Shown: piece after piece, positions 1 to 11,183 of the stretch
How positions within the stretch are numbered: position 1 is the stretch's first letter
Layout of the letters: each line of letters begins with the position of its first letter
Translations under genes and position numbers: made by a program
Assembly: GCA_030141605.1 (NCBI GenBank)
Contig: JAQGDQ010000480.1
Span: 1-64,000 of the forward strand
Direction of reading: 5' to 3'
Length of the DNA: 64,000 nucleotides
Origin: Tubiluchus corallicola
Lineage: Eukaryota > Animalia > Priapulida
The notes under the pieces: model-generated
What the model saw: the letters and a program-made list of their open reading frames with translations, nothing else
Databases searched by the model: none
What the model was told of the DNA's origin: nothing

Positions 1-1304
1 GTAAGGACCCAGGTTAAATCATAGAGCCGTACTTTAACTTGCAGATAAACATTAAGCTTTATTTTCATATTTTGACACCAGCTTCCCTTTACTTATGTTC
101 ACTAAATGTAAATTGTTTCTAGATTGTTATGATCAACTAGGTAATACTATTTGTTAGTTTAGGGAAGGTTATCCCCCCCCTGGGTTGGGTTAAACGTGTA
201 ACTGTACGTTTGTGCATTTAATCGGATTGAAGCCAAACACATAGATTTCTGTACGTTCATGACACAGATTTCACGGACAGGATATGCAACTTGAGTTTGG
301 TTGGTGAAACTGCGTTTTTACGTTTTACCTGATTGTCTATTAGCTGACGTTTGAAAGCTAATGATCTATTTGTGGTGGTGGAAGATGTCCACTCATTGGT
401 TTACATGGCTTTGCTGATCTTACCATGCTGGGAAGATGTCGTCTCGGATCATGTGAGAGCACCGTCGTGCAGTTGGAAAGGTGCCCAGCTCGATAGTCCA
501 TCGCATGGGACGGAGAAGTCGTCACTACCCGGGTAGGAACTTTATGCCAATAAACCGGGAAGCAAAGGTACCTGTTTATTTACGTTATCGTTAATTGGCG
601 CCTGAGGGAGAACTTGTTTTGATGTGAATTTCCGAGCGCATGTATGCCTACAGCTCCGTTCACACGTCACCCTTTTGTTAGACTTACGTTTTTACATTTA
701 GCTACGTTTCTCTCAGACTTTTTGCGTCGTTACTGTGGGAGTCGTGAACCCGTTACATGAAGTCAGAACCATACTTCAGTCGTTCTAAAGGACTCTGACC
801 GCAAACTACACTTGTCTGGTGAAGATATTATGCTAGCGTACGCATTTTGGGGTGGCTGGTAGAGTAAGTAGGAACCCTTTAAATAGTTAGTAAAACTGTA
901 TGATTTTTGTATGTTTTGTCATTGCATTTATTTCATGCCATGCTGTTTAGTAGCGTTTTCAGATTAGCTTTTGTTTATTACTAATTTCCATTGTTTACAA
1001 AAGCTCAATTATACAACTGTTTTTGTTTGTGTCATTAAACTTAATATTTTGTCATTTATTCGACTGGTTACAGTTTGGCTTTTAGGGTATAGATGGAAAG
1101 CCTGTTTTTGATCAATCCCACCACAAAAGAATCCATGCTATTTAGGTAGAGCCCCCGTAGAGTCTGCCTACGCTCAGCTATTGTCTGTTTCTTTAGTGGG
1201 CAGTCGGTTAGTGCCCCTAGCTCGGCCAAGGAACTGATCGAACTTAGCAGCGACTACCATTAATTGGCCCCTATGGTCTGCCCCTGTATGCACGGGCCAT
1301 TACA
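1..1304 (+). repeat. 5' LTR
   Basis: Matches 6959-8263. By eye I found 5 substitutions and one C-run indel (C8 vs C9). Ends in ...GGGCCATTACA. Confidence 0.96.
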
Positions 1305-1306
1305 GA

Positions 1307-1325
1307 TGGTGGCAGCGGTGGGATT
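1307..1325 (+). promoter_or_regulatory. Primer binding site complementary to the tRNA-Leu 3' end
   Basis: TGGTGGCAGCGGTGGGATT lies 2 nt after the LTR. It is the reverse complement of the AATCCCACCGCTGCCACCA 3' end of metazoan tRNA-Leu(AAG/TAG). Confidence 0.9.
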
Positions 1326-1731
1326 GATTTAATCAGGTTTTCTACTCTGTGCGTTTATTTCAAAAATTTAAGTTTAATACAAAGACCTTGGGAAGAAATT
1401 TAGCACTCGCACAAGAAAGTAGGTGCGAGAAACTAGGTCACTTTACACTTATATTTCAGTTCTCTAACATTACGCTGAACGTATAACAGGTTTAGTTGTT
1501 ATAACTTTGTGCAGTATTACGGTAATACGAAATTTTTGCTGCGCTTTAACGTACTTTGTTCTCGTGGCTTCCATAGCAAAATCTTGTTGCAGTTATAGAA
1601 GCCAAGAGTTGTGCAGAATCCGCTGTCGCGAATTACACAATTTAAACAATTCGCACGGTTGACATTGCTTGGCAAAAGTCGAATAATAAATTTATTCACA
1701 CTCACAGTATTATAATACTACATTAATAAAC

Positions 1732-4700
1732 ATGGGAGACGAAGACAATATTTATACAAGAGAACAGTTGGACATTTTGCCAATGTCCGAGCTTCGAGAA
1801 ATAGCTAGATCATTGGGTATGATCTCTTTGTCCAATAGGCGGGTAGTTCTTATTGACACAATATTAGAAATTCAGGCCCAGCGCCTATTGCCATCGGAAT
1901 CCCAACAAGGAATGGTTTCGCCCGTCACTACATTGTTGTCAGCAGTGCAACAGACAGTCGAGAAAGCACAAGCTACGAGGTTAGCGCCGCCCTCTCCCGA
2001 CTTGAGTCCGCCACAGCTTACCTTGCACCAAACACCAACAAAACAGCTTAGCGATCCTAGCACACAAATAACTACTAGTAATGAGAGAAGCACGTATGAT
2101 TTAACGGGTTTGCCCCCAGATGATAAAGTCAAATTAATTTTACAACTGGAGGAGTCCAGAGCGAGAGAGAGAGAGTTAGCGAGAGACAGAGAATGGCAGG
2201 TGCGTGAATTAGAGATAAAGGAACGTCAACGGGAGCGTGAAGAAAGGAGGATGGAGAGAGAGTGGGAAGCAATGCAGGAAAGCAAAAGACATGACAGAGA
2301 GTTGCAAAGAGCACGTCTTTCATTAAATACATCAAACGCAAATGCAAACTCTACATCTACTGAATCCACACAGTATATTAAACTCAAAGTGCGACCTTTT
2401 AAGGAAGGTCAAGGTGAGTCGATCCTGGAGTACTTGACTTATTATGAGCGTTGTTGCCAAGTGAATGATATACCAAGGTCACAGTGGTGTTGTTCTCTTG
2501 CCCCTCACCTCTCGGGTAAGGCTAGTTACGCCTTCCAACTTATTGAAGGGGATGATATTCGTTCTTATACCAAAGTCAAGGAAGCCATTCTTGCAGCTTA
2601 TATGGTGACTCCTGAGAGTTACCGCATAGCGTTTAGGGACCTTTCTAAACGTAAAGATGAGACGTGTACGCAGACAGTGGTACGTCTCAGGCAGAGCCTA
2701 CGGGACTGGGCAGATGCTATGTCGGTCACTAGTAAAGATCAGGCCCTAGATTTAATAGCCTATGAGCATTTCATGACAATAATCCCTGCAGAGGTCGCTT
2801 TGTGGCTGAAGAAAAATAGCATCTACAAACTGGACGAAGCCGCCCAAAAAGCTGATGCTTACATTTCAGCCCAGAATCCCAGAGCAACCTCTATTAAATT
2901 CTCTCCATCATCAGTAAACCGTAAACCTGATGTAAAACCTGCAACACACAAGGGAGGAACTGCACCAGCCAGGGTGCAATGTTACCATTGTGGCCAGCAG
3001 GGCCATTATTCTTCCTCTTGCCCAAGAAAGAAGGTCTCTCCTACTGAAAGGCCTAGATTAGCACCTAGTGTGAGAGACAAACCGTCATACAAACAACTTT
3101 TGGTCCCTTGTGCTCCAGATATGTCGGCTTTAGTCACTGCTGGAGCAGGAACCGAAGAGTGTGTGTCTGGTCAACCATATTTTCGAGCCGTCTTGAATGG
3201 AAAAGACGTCACCGGGTTGCGAGACACTGGAGCCTCAAAGTCTGTTGTCCACCCAGACCATGTCCACCCTGAACAATACGTGAAAGGTTTGTCCAACCAA
3301 CTGTCTTGCATACATAACTGTGACAAATCTTGTCCCGTTGCTATTGTTGAAATAGAATCGCCTTACGCTACAGGTTATCTGACAGCCACAGTCGCAGTTG
3401 ATTGTCCAGTTCCACTATTATTGGGCAATGACTTTGAAACTGAAATCTCTCCATTTTTGTCAAAGAAAGACAAATCTAGTGGGACAAACAAGCAACAACC
3501 CAAGCAAACTGGGAAAGCTCCCACACTCAGAAACCAACCATTGACTTCGGGTGAAGGTCGGGAGACACCCAAGTTGTACTCTCAGGTAGTTCAGTCTACT
3601 GAGCAAAAGAGCATGTCTGCCCCTCAACTCAGTTGGGAACCTCAGACTGTTGCTGATGCAGACGCTACAAAATTTGTTGCATTCCCGATAGTAACGAGAG
3701 CTAAGGCAAGGGCTCTAACTGAACAAGGAAAACATGATGCAGAAATACAGCACCAAGCTAGTTCTGATACACTCCTACCTGTCTTAAATGAGAAACAGGC
3801 TAGGAAACAACAGAACCTTGCAGAATTGGTGCAAAGAGAACACTTAATAAGTGAACAGAAAAATGATGTTACTTTGCGCAACTTATTTGACCATGTGCAA
3901 GCAGAGGCTGAATGCAAAACCCAGAAGGCTGGCTACTTTTTAAAGCAAGGAGTACTTCACACAGTGCGCCGTAATGCAAGAGGAGGCCACACGGACCTTC
4001 TAGTAGTACCCTCAGTCCGTCGTCAGCAAGTGCTCGAGCTTGCCCATGACAAACTGCCAGCTGCACATCAAGGGATGCGCAAGACCATTGATCGGGTCTT
4101 ATCCCAATATTATTGGCCCAAAGTCTTGAGTGACATTAAGGCATATGTCAAGTCATGTTTAGCCTGTCAAAGAGCATCTAAACGTAGGACTGCCGACAGA
4201 GCTCCACTCAAGCCTTTGCCAATAGTAAAGGAGCCATTTGCGCAGATCTGCATAGACCTAATTGGCCCTTTACCGAGAACACGCTCTGGTCATAAGTATG
4301 CTTTGGTCATCGTCGATCAAGCAACCCGATATCCGGATGCCTACCCCCTCAAATCAGAGTCAGCAGAATGTGTTGCACAGGCTCTCCTCCAATTTATTTG
4401 TAGGCATGGCATACCCAAAGAAATATTATCAGATCGTGGTGCTCAATTCACTTCGACTCTCATCATGAAGCTTGAAGATGCTTTAGGTATTAAAGGAATG
4501 TTTGCAACACCTTACCATCCGATGACACAGGGTGTCACGGAAAAATTTAATGACTCACTCAAGAGTTCCATAAGGAAGTTGCTACAAACTCAACGTACCT
4601 TTGAATGGGATGAATTAATCCCGTTTGTACTCTTTGCCTATAGAGAGACACCCCAAGCTTCTTTAAAGTATAGCCCATTCGAACTAGTATATGGCTTCCC

Positions 4701-4983
4701 AGTTCGAGGCCCAATGTCAGCCCTGCGAAGAAGATGGGGTTGTACAGACCCTCCATCATATGACAATGTTGATAACTATGTTGATAGGGTCATCAATGAA
4801 TTAGAGCAATCCACCGAGGAAGCTCACCAGGCCTTAAACCAGGCCAAACTAGCCCAAAAAAGATGGTACGACAAAGTATCATCTGCTCGCTCATTGGAAA
4901 TCGGACAAGAGGTGTTAGTTTTATTACCATCTTCCCAGAAAAAAATTAAATCGAATCTGGCAGGGCCCCTACCAAGTGGTTGA
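1732..4983 (+). CDS. Gag-protease-integrase polyprotein (ORF1 part)
   Basis: Coiled coil, then a SCAN-like capsid C-terminal domain (~2611-2862). CCHC knuckle CYHCGQQGHYSSSC (2980-3021) and protease LRDTGA (DTG at 3223-3231). Integrase HHCC (HDKLPAAH...CLAC) and DDE core (IDLIGP, SDRG, TEKFN). Confidence 0.93.
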   Translation: MGDEDNIYTREQLDILPMSELREIARSLGMISLSNRRVVLIDTILEIQAQRLLPSESQQGMVSPVTTLLSAVQQTVEKAQATRLAPPSPDLSPPQLTLHQTPTKQLSDPSTQITTSNERSTYDLTGLPPDDKVKLILQLEESRARERELARDREWQVRELEIKERQREREERRMEREWEAMQESKRHDRELQRARLSLNTSNANANSTSTESTQYIKLKVRPFKEGQGESILEYLTYYERCCQVNDIPRSQWCCSLAPHLSGKASYAFQLIEGDDIRSYTKVKEAILAAYMVTPESYRIAFRDLSKRKDETCTQTVVRLRQSLRDWADAMSVTSKDQALDLIAYEHFMTIIPAEVALWLKKNSIYKLDEAAQKADAYISAQNPRATSIKFSPSSVNRKPDVKPATHKGGTAPARVQCYHCGQQGHYSSSCPRKKVSPTERPRLAPSVRDKPSYKQLLVPCAPDMSALVTAGAGTEECVSGQPYFRAVLNGKDVTGLRDTGASKSVVHPDHVHPEQYVKGLSNQLSCIHNCDKSCPVAIVEIESPYATGYLTATVAVDCPVPLLLGNDFETEISPFLSKKDKSSGTNKQQPKQTGKAPTLRNQPLTSGEGRETPKLYSQVVQSTEQKSMSAPQLSWEPQTVADADATKFVAFPIVTRAKARALTEQGKHDAEIQHQASSDTLLPVLNEKQARKQQNLAELVQREHLISEQKNDVTLRNLFDHVQAEAECKTQKAGYFLKQGVLHTVRRNARGGHTDLLVVPSVRRQQVLELAHDKLPAAHQGMRKTIDRVLSQYYWPKVLSDIKAYVKSCLACQRASKRRTADRAPLKPLPIVKEPFAQICIDLIGPLPRTRSGHKYALVIVDQATRYPDAYPLKSESAECVAQALLQFICRHGIPKEILSDRGAQFTSTLIMKLEDALGIKGMFATPYHPMTQGVTEKFNDSLKSSIRKLLQTQRTFEWDELIPFVLFAYRETPQASLKYSPFELVYGFPVRGPMSALRRRWGCTDPPSYDNVDNYVDRVINELEQSTEEAHQALNQAKLAQKRWYDKVSSARSLEIGQEVLVLLPSSQKKIKSNLAGPLPSG

Positions 4984-6658
4984 CAAGTTGTCAGATCATA
5001 CTTATAAAGTTCAGATTTCCAAACCTGGTGTAAAAGTACATACAAGGACGTTTCACATAAACTTATTAAAGCCTTTGGTGAAACGTTCAGAGAGCATAGC
5101 TCTGTTTTCCAAATGCCAACAGTCAGATCTGGCATTTCCAGGGGTAGATGACCTGTCTCCAAGTTATGATGAGGGAGAATTGGCTCCTACCCCTATGCAG
5201 GCAGCTCAACTCCCTGAAGTTGCTTTCTTACCCCCAGCGATACAAACTCAATTCGCCACCGATGTGGAGATACCAGAGCACCTAACCAAACAACAATCTT
5301 GCCAACTTAGTCAGCTTCTACAAAAGCATGCTGACATTTTCTCAGACATCCCAGGCCGAACCCATGTAACAGAGCACCATATCATTCTCTCAGATTGTAC
5401 TCCAGTGAACCAGCGAGCTTATCGCATCCCTCAATCTCGGAAAGAAATTGTCCGAAAAGAGATTATCGAGATGGAGAAGCTCGATGTAATTCAGAAATCC
5501 GACTCACCCTATGCTTCTCCTGCCATTTTAGTACCTAAGCAGGACCAAACCATTCGCTTTTGCATCGACTATCGTGCTGTGAATCGCAAGACACTTTTTG
5601 TCCAGTACGCAATGCCCAGGGTTGATGAGATGGTTGATGAATTGCACGGTTCAGAATGGATTTCCCACATTGATATGACTAAGGCATATTGGCAAATTCT
5701 TCTCGCCCAAGAATCCAGGCCAATTTCTGCCTTCATAACAGACTTTGGGAAATGGGAATTCAAGGCTATGCCTTTCGGATTACAGAATGCAGCCCAAACA
5801 TCTCAACAACTTATCGACATCCTTTTAGAAGATATCAACCAGCATGCAAGAGGTTTTACCGATGACATATGTGTCAAGTCGAACAATTGGGATGACCACC
5901 TCCGGCACCTTGAAACGGTCTTTTGTATTTTAAGAGCAGCACAACTTACTATTAAGCCAAAGAAATGTTTCCTCGCCCAACGAGAAACAGAGTTCCTAGA
6001 CTATGTGGTGGGGCGTAATCGTTTACGTCCTCAAGCAGAAAAGATTCAGACAATACAAAACTTTCCTCGTCCAGAGACGAAGACTCAAGTGAGAGCCTTC
6101 TTGTGCTTAGTGGGGTTTTACCGTAGATTCATCCCCCACTTTAGCCAAATTGCTCTACCTCTCTTTGAGCTAACTCAAAAGACCCAACCATCTACAGTCA
6201 CATGGTCGGCTGATCATGAACAGAGCTTTGTTACCCTGCGTGACTTTCTTACCTCAGATAGTGTACTCCATAGTCCGAATTTTAGTTTACCTTTCATCGT
6301 AACTACTGACGCGTCAATTCGGGGTTTGGGTGCTATCTTGAGTCAGGAACAGGAACCAGGCAATGAAGTTCCGATCACCTACCTCAGCCGTAAGCTTACG
6401 TCTGCTGAGAAGAACTACTCAGCTATTGAGCTGGAGCTCTTAAGTATTGTCCATGCTGTCGAGAAGTGGAACTACTATCTCGAAGGGCGTAAATTCATAA
6501 TACGCTGTGACCACTCCCCTTTGCAACATTTGCACAAAATGAGACACTCCAATCGGAGAATCTCAAGGTGGGCACTCATTCTGCAAAACTATTCTTTCAC
6601 TGTGGAACACCTACCTGGCAGAAAGAATGTGCCTGCTGACACATTATCACGCATGTAA
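4946..6658 (+). CDS. Integrase C-terminal GPY motif, reverse transcriptase and RNase H (continuation after a +1 frameshift)
   Basis: The frame reads LNRIWQGPYQVVDK...RFCIDYR...MPFGLQNA...FTDD...TDAS...ELELL...CDHSPL...ADTLSR*. Confidence 0.92.
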   Translation, partial: LNRIWQGPYQVVDKLSDHTYKVQISKPGVKVHTRTFHINLLKPLVKRSESIALFSKCQQSDLAFPGVDDLSPSYDEGELAPTPMQAAQLPEVAFLPPAIQTQFATDVEIPEHLTKQQSCQLSQLLQKHADIFSDIPGRTHVTEHHIILSDCTPVNQRAYRIPQSRKEIVRKEIIEMEKLDVIQKSDSPYASPAILVPKQDQTIRFCIDYRAVNRKTLFVQYAMPRVDEMVDELHGSEWISHIDMTKAYWQILLAQESRPISAFITDFGKWEFKAMPFGLQNAAQTSQQLIDILLEDINQHARGFTDDICVKSNNWDDHLRHLETVFCILRAAQLTIKPKKCFLAQRETEFLDYVVGRNRLRPQAEKIQTIQNFPRPETKTQVRAFLCLVGFYRRFIPHFSQIALPLFELTQKTQPSTVTWSADHEQSFVTLRDFLTSDSVLHSPNFSLPFIVTTDASIRGLGAILSQEQEPGNEVPITYLSRKLTSAEKNYSAIELELLSIVHAVEKWNYYLEGRKFIIRCDHSPLQHLHKMRHSNRRISRWALILQNYSFTVEHLPGRKNVPADTLSRM

Positions 6659-6944
6659 TCATATATGTCACAGTTATATATTTTTGCTAAAACACGATCA
6701 ACATTTTACATGACAAGTACAACATGCATATTTTGACATGTTCGAAACACAGCGGAGTACTGCGTGAATACCTAAGCTTTTGTTTGGGAGTACCCTTTTT
6801 TGTTCTTGATATTGAACAAGTCGAAACCGACTTATTTTGGTTCTGTTATAGTAAATATATTTGTTGATCTTTACCCAAAACTTCTTATAGTGCTGAAACC
6901 CTTACTATTTTGCAAGCCAAATATCGGTATTTCAGCACTCGTTT

Positions 6945-6953
6945 GAGAGGGGG
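6945..6953 (+). promoter_or_regulatory. Polypurine tract
   Basis: GAGAGGGGG ending 4 nt before the TG start of the 3' LTR. Confidence 0.85.
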
Positions 6954-6957
6954 CCAT

Positions 6958-8263
6958 TGTAAGGACCCAGGTTAAATCATAGAGCCGTACTTTAACTTGC
7001 AGATAAACATTAAGCTTTATTTTCATATTTTGACACCAGCTTCCCTTTACTTATGTTCACTAAATGTAAATTGTTTCTAGATTGTTATGATCAACTAGGT
7101 AATACTATTTGTTAGTTTAGGGAAGGTTATCCCCCCCCCTGGGTTGGGTTAAACGTGTAACTGTACGTTTGTGCATTTAATCGGATTGAAGCCAAACACA
7201 TAGATTTCTGTACGTTCATGACACAGATTTCACGGACAGGATATGCAACTTGAGTTTGGTTGGTGAAACTGCGTTTTTACGTTTTACCTGATTGTCTATT
7301 AGCTGACGTTTGAAAGCTAATGATCTATTTGTGGTGGTGGAAGATGTCCACTCATTGGTTTACATGGCTTTGCTGATCTTACCATGCTGGGAAGATGTCG
7401 TCTCGGATCATGTGAGAGCACCGTCGTGCAGTTGGAAAGGTGCCCAGCTCGATAGTCCATCGCATGGGACGGAGAAGTCGTCACTGCCCGGGTAGGAACT
7501 TTATGCCAATAAACCGGGAAGCAAAGGTACCTGTTTATTTACGTTATCGTTAATTGGCGCCTGAGGGAGAACTTGTTTTGATGTGAATTTCCGAGCGCAT
7601 GTATGCCTACAGCTCCGTTCACACGTCACCCTTTTGTTAGACTTACGTTTTTACATTTAGCTACGTTTCTCTCAGACTTTTTGCGTCGTTACTGTGGGAG
7701 TCGTGAACCTGTTACATGAAGTCAGAACCATACTTCAGTCGTTCTAAAGGACTCTGACCGCAAACTACACTTGTCTGGAGACGATATTATGCTAGCGTAC
7801 GCATTTTGGGGTGGCTGGTAGAGTAAGTAGGAACCCTTTAAATAGTTAGGAAAACTGTATGATTTTTGTATGTTTTGTCATTGCATTTATTTCATGCCAT
7901 GCTGTTTAGTAGCGTTTTCAGATTAGCTTTTGTTTATTACTAATTTCCATTGTTTACAAAAGCTCAATTATACAACTGTTTTTGTTTGTGTCATTAAACT
8001 TAATATTTTGTCATTTATTCGACTGGTTACAGTTTGGCTTTTAGGGTATAGATGGAAAGCCTGTTTTTGATCAATCCCACCACAAAAGAATCCATGCTAT
8101 TTAGGTAGAGCCCCCGTAGAGTCTGCCTACGCTCAGCTATTGTCTGTTTCTTTAGTGGGCAGTCGGTTAGTGCCCCTAGCTCGGCCAAGGAACTGATCGA
8201 ACTTAGCAGCGACTACCATTAATTGGCCCCTATGGTCTGCCCCTGTATGCACGGGCCATTACA
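6958..8263 (+). repeat. 3' LTR
   Basis: TGTAAGGACCC...GGGCCATTACA with imperfect terminal inverted repeats. Direct repeat of 1-1304. Confidence 0.96.
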
Positions 8264-8613
8264 TTCACATCATGTTTTACATATAAGTTTCATCTTATAG
8301 GCATATTTATATATTCTGTATTTACGTTTGGGAGAATATATGAAATTTTTTGGGGTTCTAAGCAGCACTTTTCCACTAAGACACTGCTATCGTGCACAAT
8401 CAAGCACAGCAAACAAAGAATAGCGCAGAGGAAACGTTCAAGGTCTATTACTCTCTTAAACTTTTCGCACAATAATGAGTGCACAATCAACCCTTCTCAT
8501 GGTAGTGCCACTTTCTTATCCTCTAATGGCGGAACTAGTATCATTGTCCTCGCTTGCAGTGTTCCACATAAGAATAAAATTTGGATGCAACCAGTTTGGA
8601 ATAGAAAGAAAAT

Positions 8614-8640
8614 GACAGACAGGCAGGCAGACAGACAGGC

Positions 8641-8725
<85 letters not shown>

Positions 8726-8754
8726 GTTAGAGAGAGAGAGACAGACAGGCACGC

Positions 8755-8839
<85 letters not shown>

Positions 8840-8981
8840 CAGACAGACAGACAGACAGACAGACAGATAGATAGATAGATAGATAGACAGATAGACAGAC
8901 AGACAGACAGACAGGCAGACAGACAGACAGGCAGACAGACAGATAGATAGACAAACAGACAAACAGACAAACAAATAGACA
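8614..8981. repeat. (GACA)n/(GATA)n microsatellite
   Basis: Directly visible tetranucleotide array. Explains the SVCL/TDRQ pseudo-ORFs. Confidence 0.95.
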
Positions 8982-10239
8982 GGAAGTTTCTTAAGATCCT
9001 AGCGGTCGTACTGGGTCTTTGTATTGCCTTGACGTGATATTATAGTGTACATGTCTATTTGAATACTGATATTTGCGAAAAGCGAAAAATGAAGTAGCAG
9101 TATTTAAAAAAAGCAAGTCTGGTGTGGTACGTTGAAATCATTGCTGTGTCCTTAAATATTTAGCCTCCAAGAATTAAAATTTAGCTAACAATTTTATTTT
9201 TGAGGAAATGCATTTAGTGAAATAAGTGCTTTATTGTAGAAAATCGGCGTTGTAAAAATATATAGAGCGAATAAAACGTACTTAACGAGATGCCACGAAG
9301 AAATTTTACGTACGTTAATTAACACTAAATAGCTTAAGTGCAGTAAATTGACTAATGATTACAGGCATCCGCAAATTATATAATTAAGCGATTACAAAAC
9401 TCAAAGACGCGTTTGTTTTGTTATTGTTTTGTGATGCTTATCTGCTTTTACGTTATTCTCAGAAGTCAGCCAAACTAGATGCTAATTTGCACACACAGCA
9501 CATTATTTTTTAAACAGAGCGCACTGTTAGTCATTGTTCCAATTTAGATAAATTCCCCTTTCTTGTATTTCGAGATTGTCTTGGAATTAATTCGGGTGTG
9601 CCTAACTAGGTATGCGTCAAAGTAACTCTGGTGTATTAAATAAATGTTTATCATCATCAGCATCACAGTCACCGCCACCACCGCCACCACCACCACTAAT
9701 TCCAACAACAACAACTACGTCATCATCATCATCATCATCATCATCATCGTCTTCTTCTTCTTCTTCTTCGTCATCGTCATCATCAGGGACATTTTAAAAA
9801 TACACTAGGCAATTTGCGACACTGATTAATTATAAAATAATTATTTTAAACTAGACAGGAACGCAAAGATTGGGTTACTCGGTTTTTGAGTAATCCTCAA
9901 ACGCACACATTACAAAGACGATTGTAGGAGTATATGCAAGAATATTTTTATTCGCTCTTTTCTGCTGTTTTGCTTTATAACCTTGTGTATTTGCTGGTTT
10001 GTTTACTTTTTGCATTTTGCTCACTGTTTATTTGTTTGCTTGCTTGTTTTCTAGCTTCTCTATTTGTTTGCTTTCTGGCTACTCGCTTGTTAGTTTGCTC
10101 GTTTTTTCTTTCTGGCTTGCTTACATATTTTGCTTCATTTGTTTGCACCCTTAGTTGTTTATTTGCATGTATACATTATTATTGGCATAACAGTAAAATT
10201 AAATAAAATTATTTATTATTGGCATAAAGGAATGTGTAA

Positions 10240-10610
10240 TAAGCCTTTTCAATTTCGCTACGGGCACGCGCAGTCGCTGTGGTCAAAGGTTAAGTGTTCC
10301 ACAGCAATGTATCTTAACTACAACCGTCATGTAATGTGTGGATAAAGCAATACCGCCTACCACATCAGTTCAGTAACTTCAGTTGTTTTACGTGGACTTT
10401 ACTTAATTATACATTAGTCTGTGCGTAGAGTGATTTACTATCAGGATCTTGGTTTAGAGCAAGAAAAATTGAACTAGTATGGTTCTAACTAGCTTTTTAA
10501 ACTATTATAGCTTGGATTGTGAGCCGTTGTCAAGTGTACACAAATGCGTTGTCTAGTTCAGTTAAACTTTTCACGATCATCATCAATCGCTAGAACTGCG
10601 AAAAGGCTTA
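10240..10610. mobile_element. MITE family A, copy 1 (~370 bp)
   Basis: Alignable along its length with 23739-24124. Ends TAAGCCTTTTCA...TGCGAAAAGGCTTA form terminal inverted repeats. Confidence 0.75.
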
Positions 10611-11150
10611 CTAATTGGTAATGTGGGTTTGCAAATTCATGTATGAAAATCGTGCCTCTTTAACAATTTGGCCTTTACATTTTAGATTTAGGAAGCTTTG
10701 CTAATTAAGTAAGCAATACTTCATTTTGGCATACAAAATTATTTTGTTAAATCAATCAGCTAACACAACATAATGCAATTAATACTCTACATAATGATTT
10801 CATAAGATCTGAGTACAGACAAATAAATAAAGTACATATCTGATTGTAAATTTAATGTCTGCACATACTCACTGCACTACATGACATTAGGCTGGTATCT
10901 ACCAAGTACTTCAAGAATCATCAAGATATTTATTATGAAATTCTTCGGTCAAATGTATTCACGTACCCTGTTAATTTGTAGTCACATTTGCATGGAACAT
11001 GGGGTATACTTAAACAGCCAAACAGCTATCAAGACCGCTCAACCACGACTACACTAGCGACGCTTCTGTCATTATCAGAAGATGAGTTTTGCATACATTT
11101 GTTTAGTAACTCTCCAATTTCTGGTGAAATCATCCTCATCTTCGTCATTC

Positions 11151-11183
<33 letters not shown>

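Larger units (their letters stand above)
1..8263 (+). mobile_element. Gmr1-like Ty3/gypsy LTR retrotransposon, near full length (first T of the 5' LTR lies just outside the window)
   Basis: Two ~1.3-kb direct repeats with (T)GTAA...TTACA ends, a PBS, a PPT, and internal ORFs with gag zinc knuckle, protease, integrase, RT and RNase H. Integrase lies upstream of a gypsy-type RT. TSD cannot be checked because the 5' flank is absent. Confidence 0.95.

Noticed and set aside
351-536. Identical 61-aa ORFs at 351-536 and 7310-7495
   Set aside because: They start at TTG, lie inside the two LTRs and have no recognisable motif. The identity simply reflects LTR duplication.
340-1304. Self-cleaving ribozyme or env-like gene in the long LTR or 3' UTR
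   Set aside because: I could not assemble a hammerhead (CUGANGA...GAAA) or HDV core by eye. Only ~300 nt separate the pol stop from the 3' LTR, leaving no room for env.
8497-8974. Long low-complexity ORFs here and at 11.6-12.1, 23.1-23.3, 27.6-27.9, 43.5-43.8, 47.2-47.9, 50.1-50.8 and 61.0-61.5 kb
   Set aside because: Translations of microsatellites, not proteins.
11029-11120. Possible alternative phase-1 terminal ACE exon (EIGELLNKCMQNSSSDNDRSVASVVVVERS*) giving a soluble form
   Set aside because: The acceptor is preceded by (GAT)n with almost no polypyrimidine tract, and there is no homology support.
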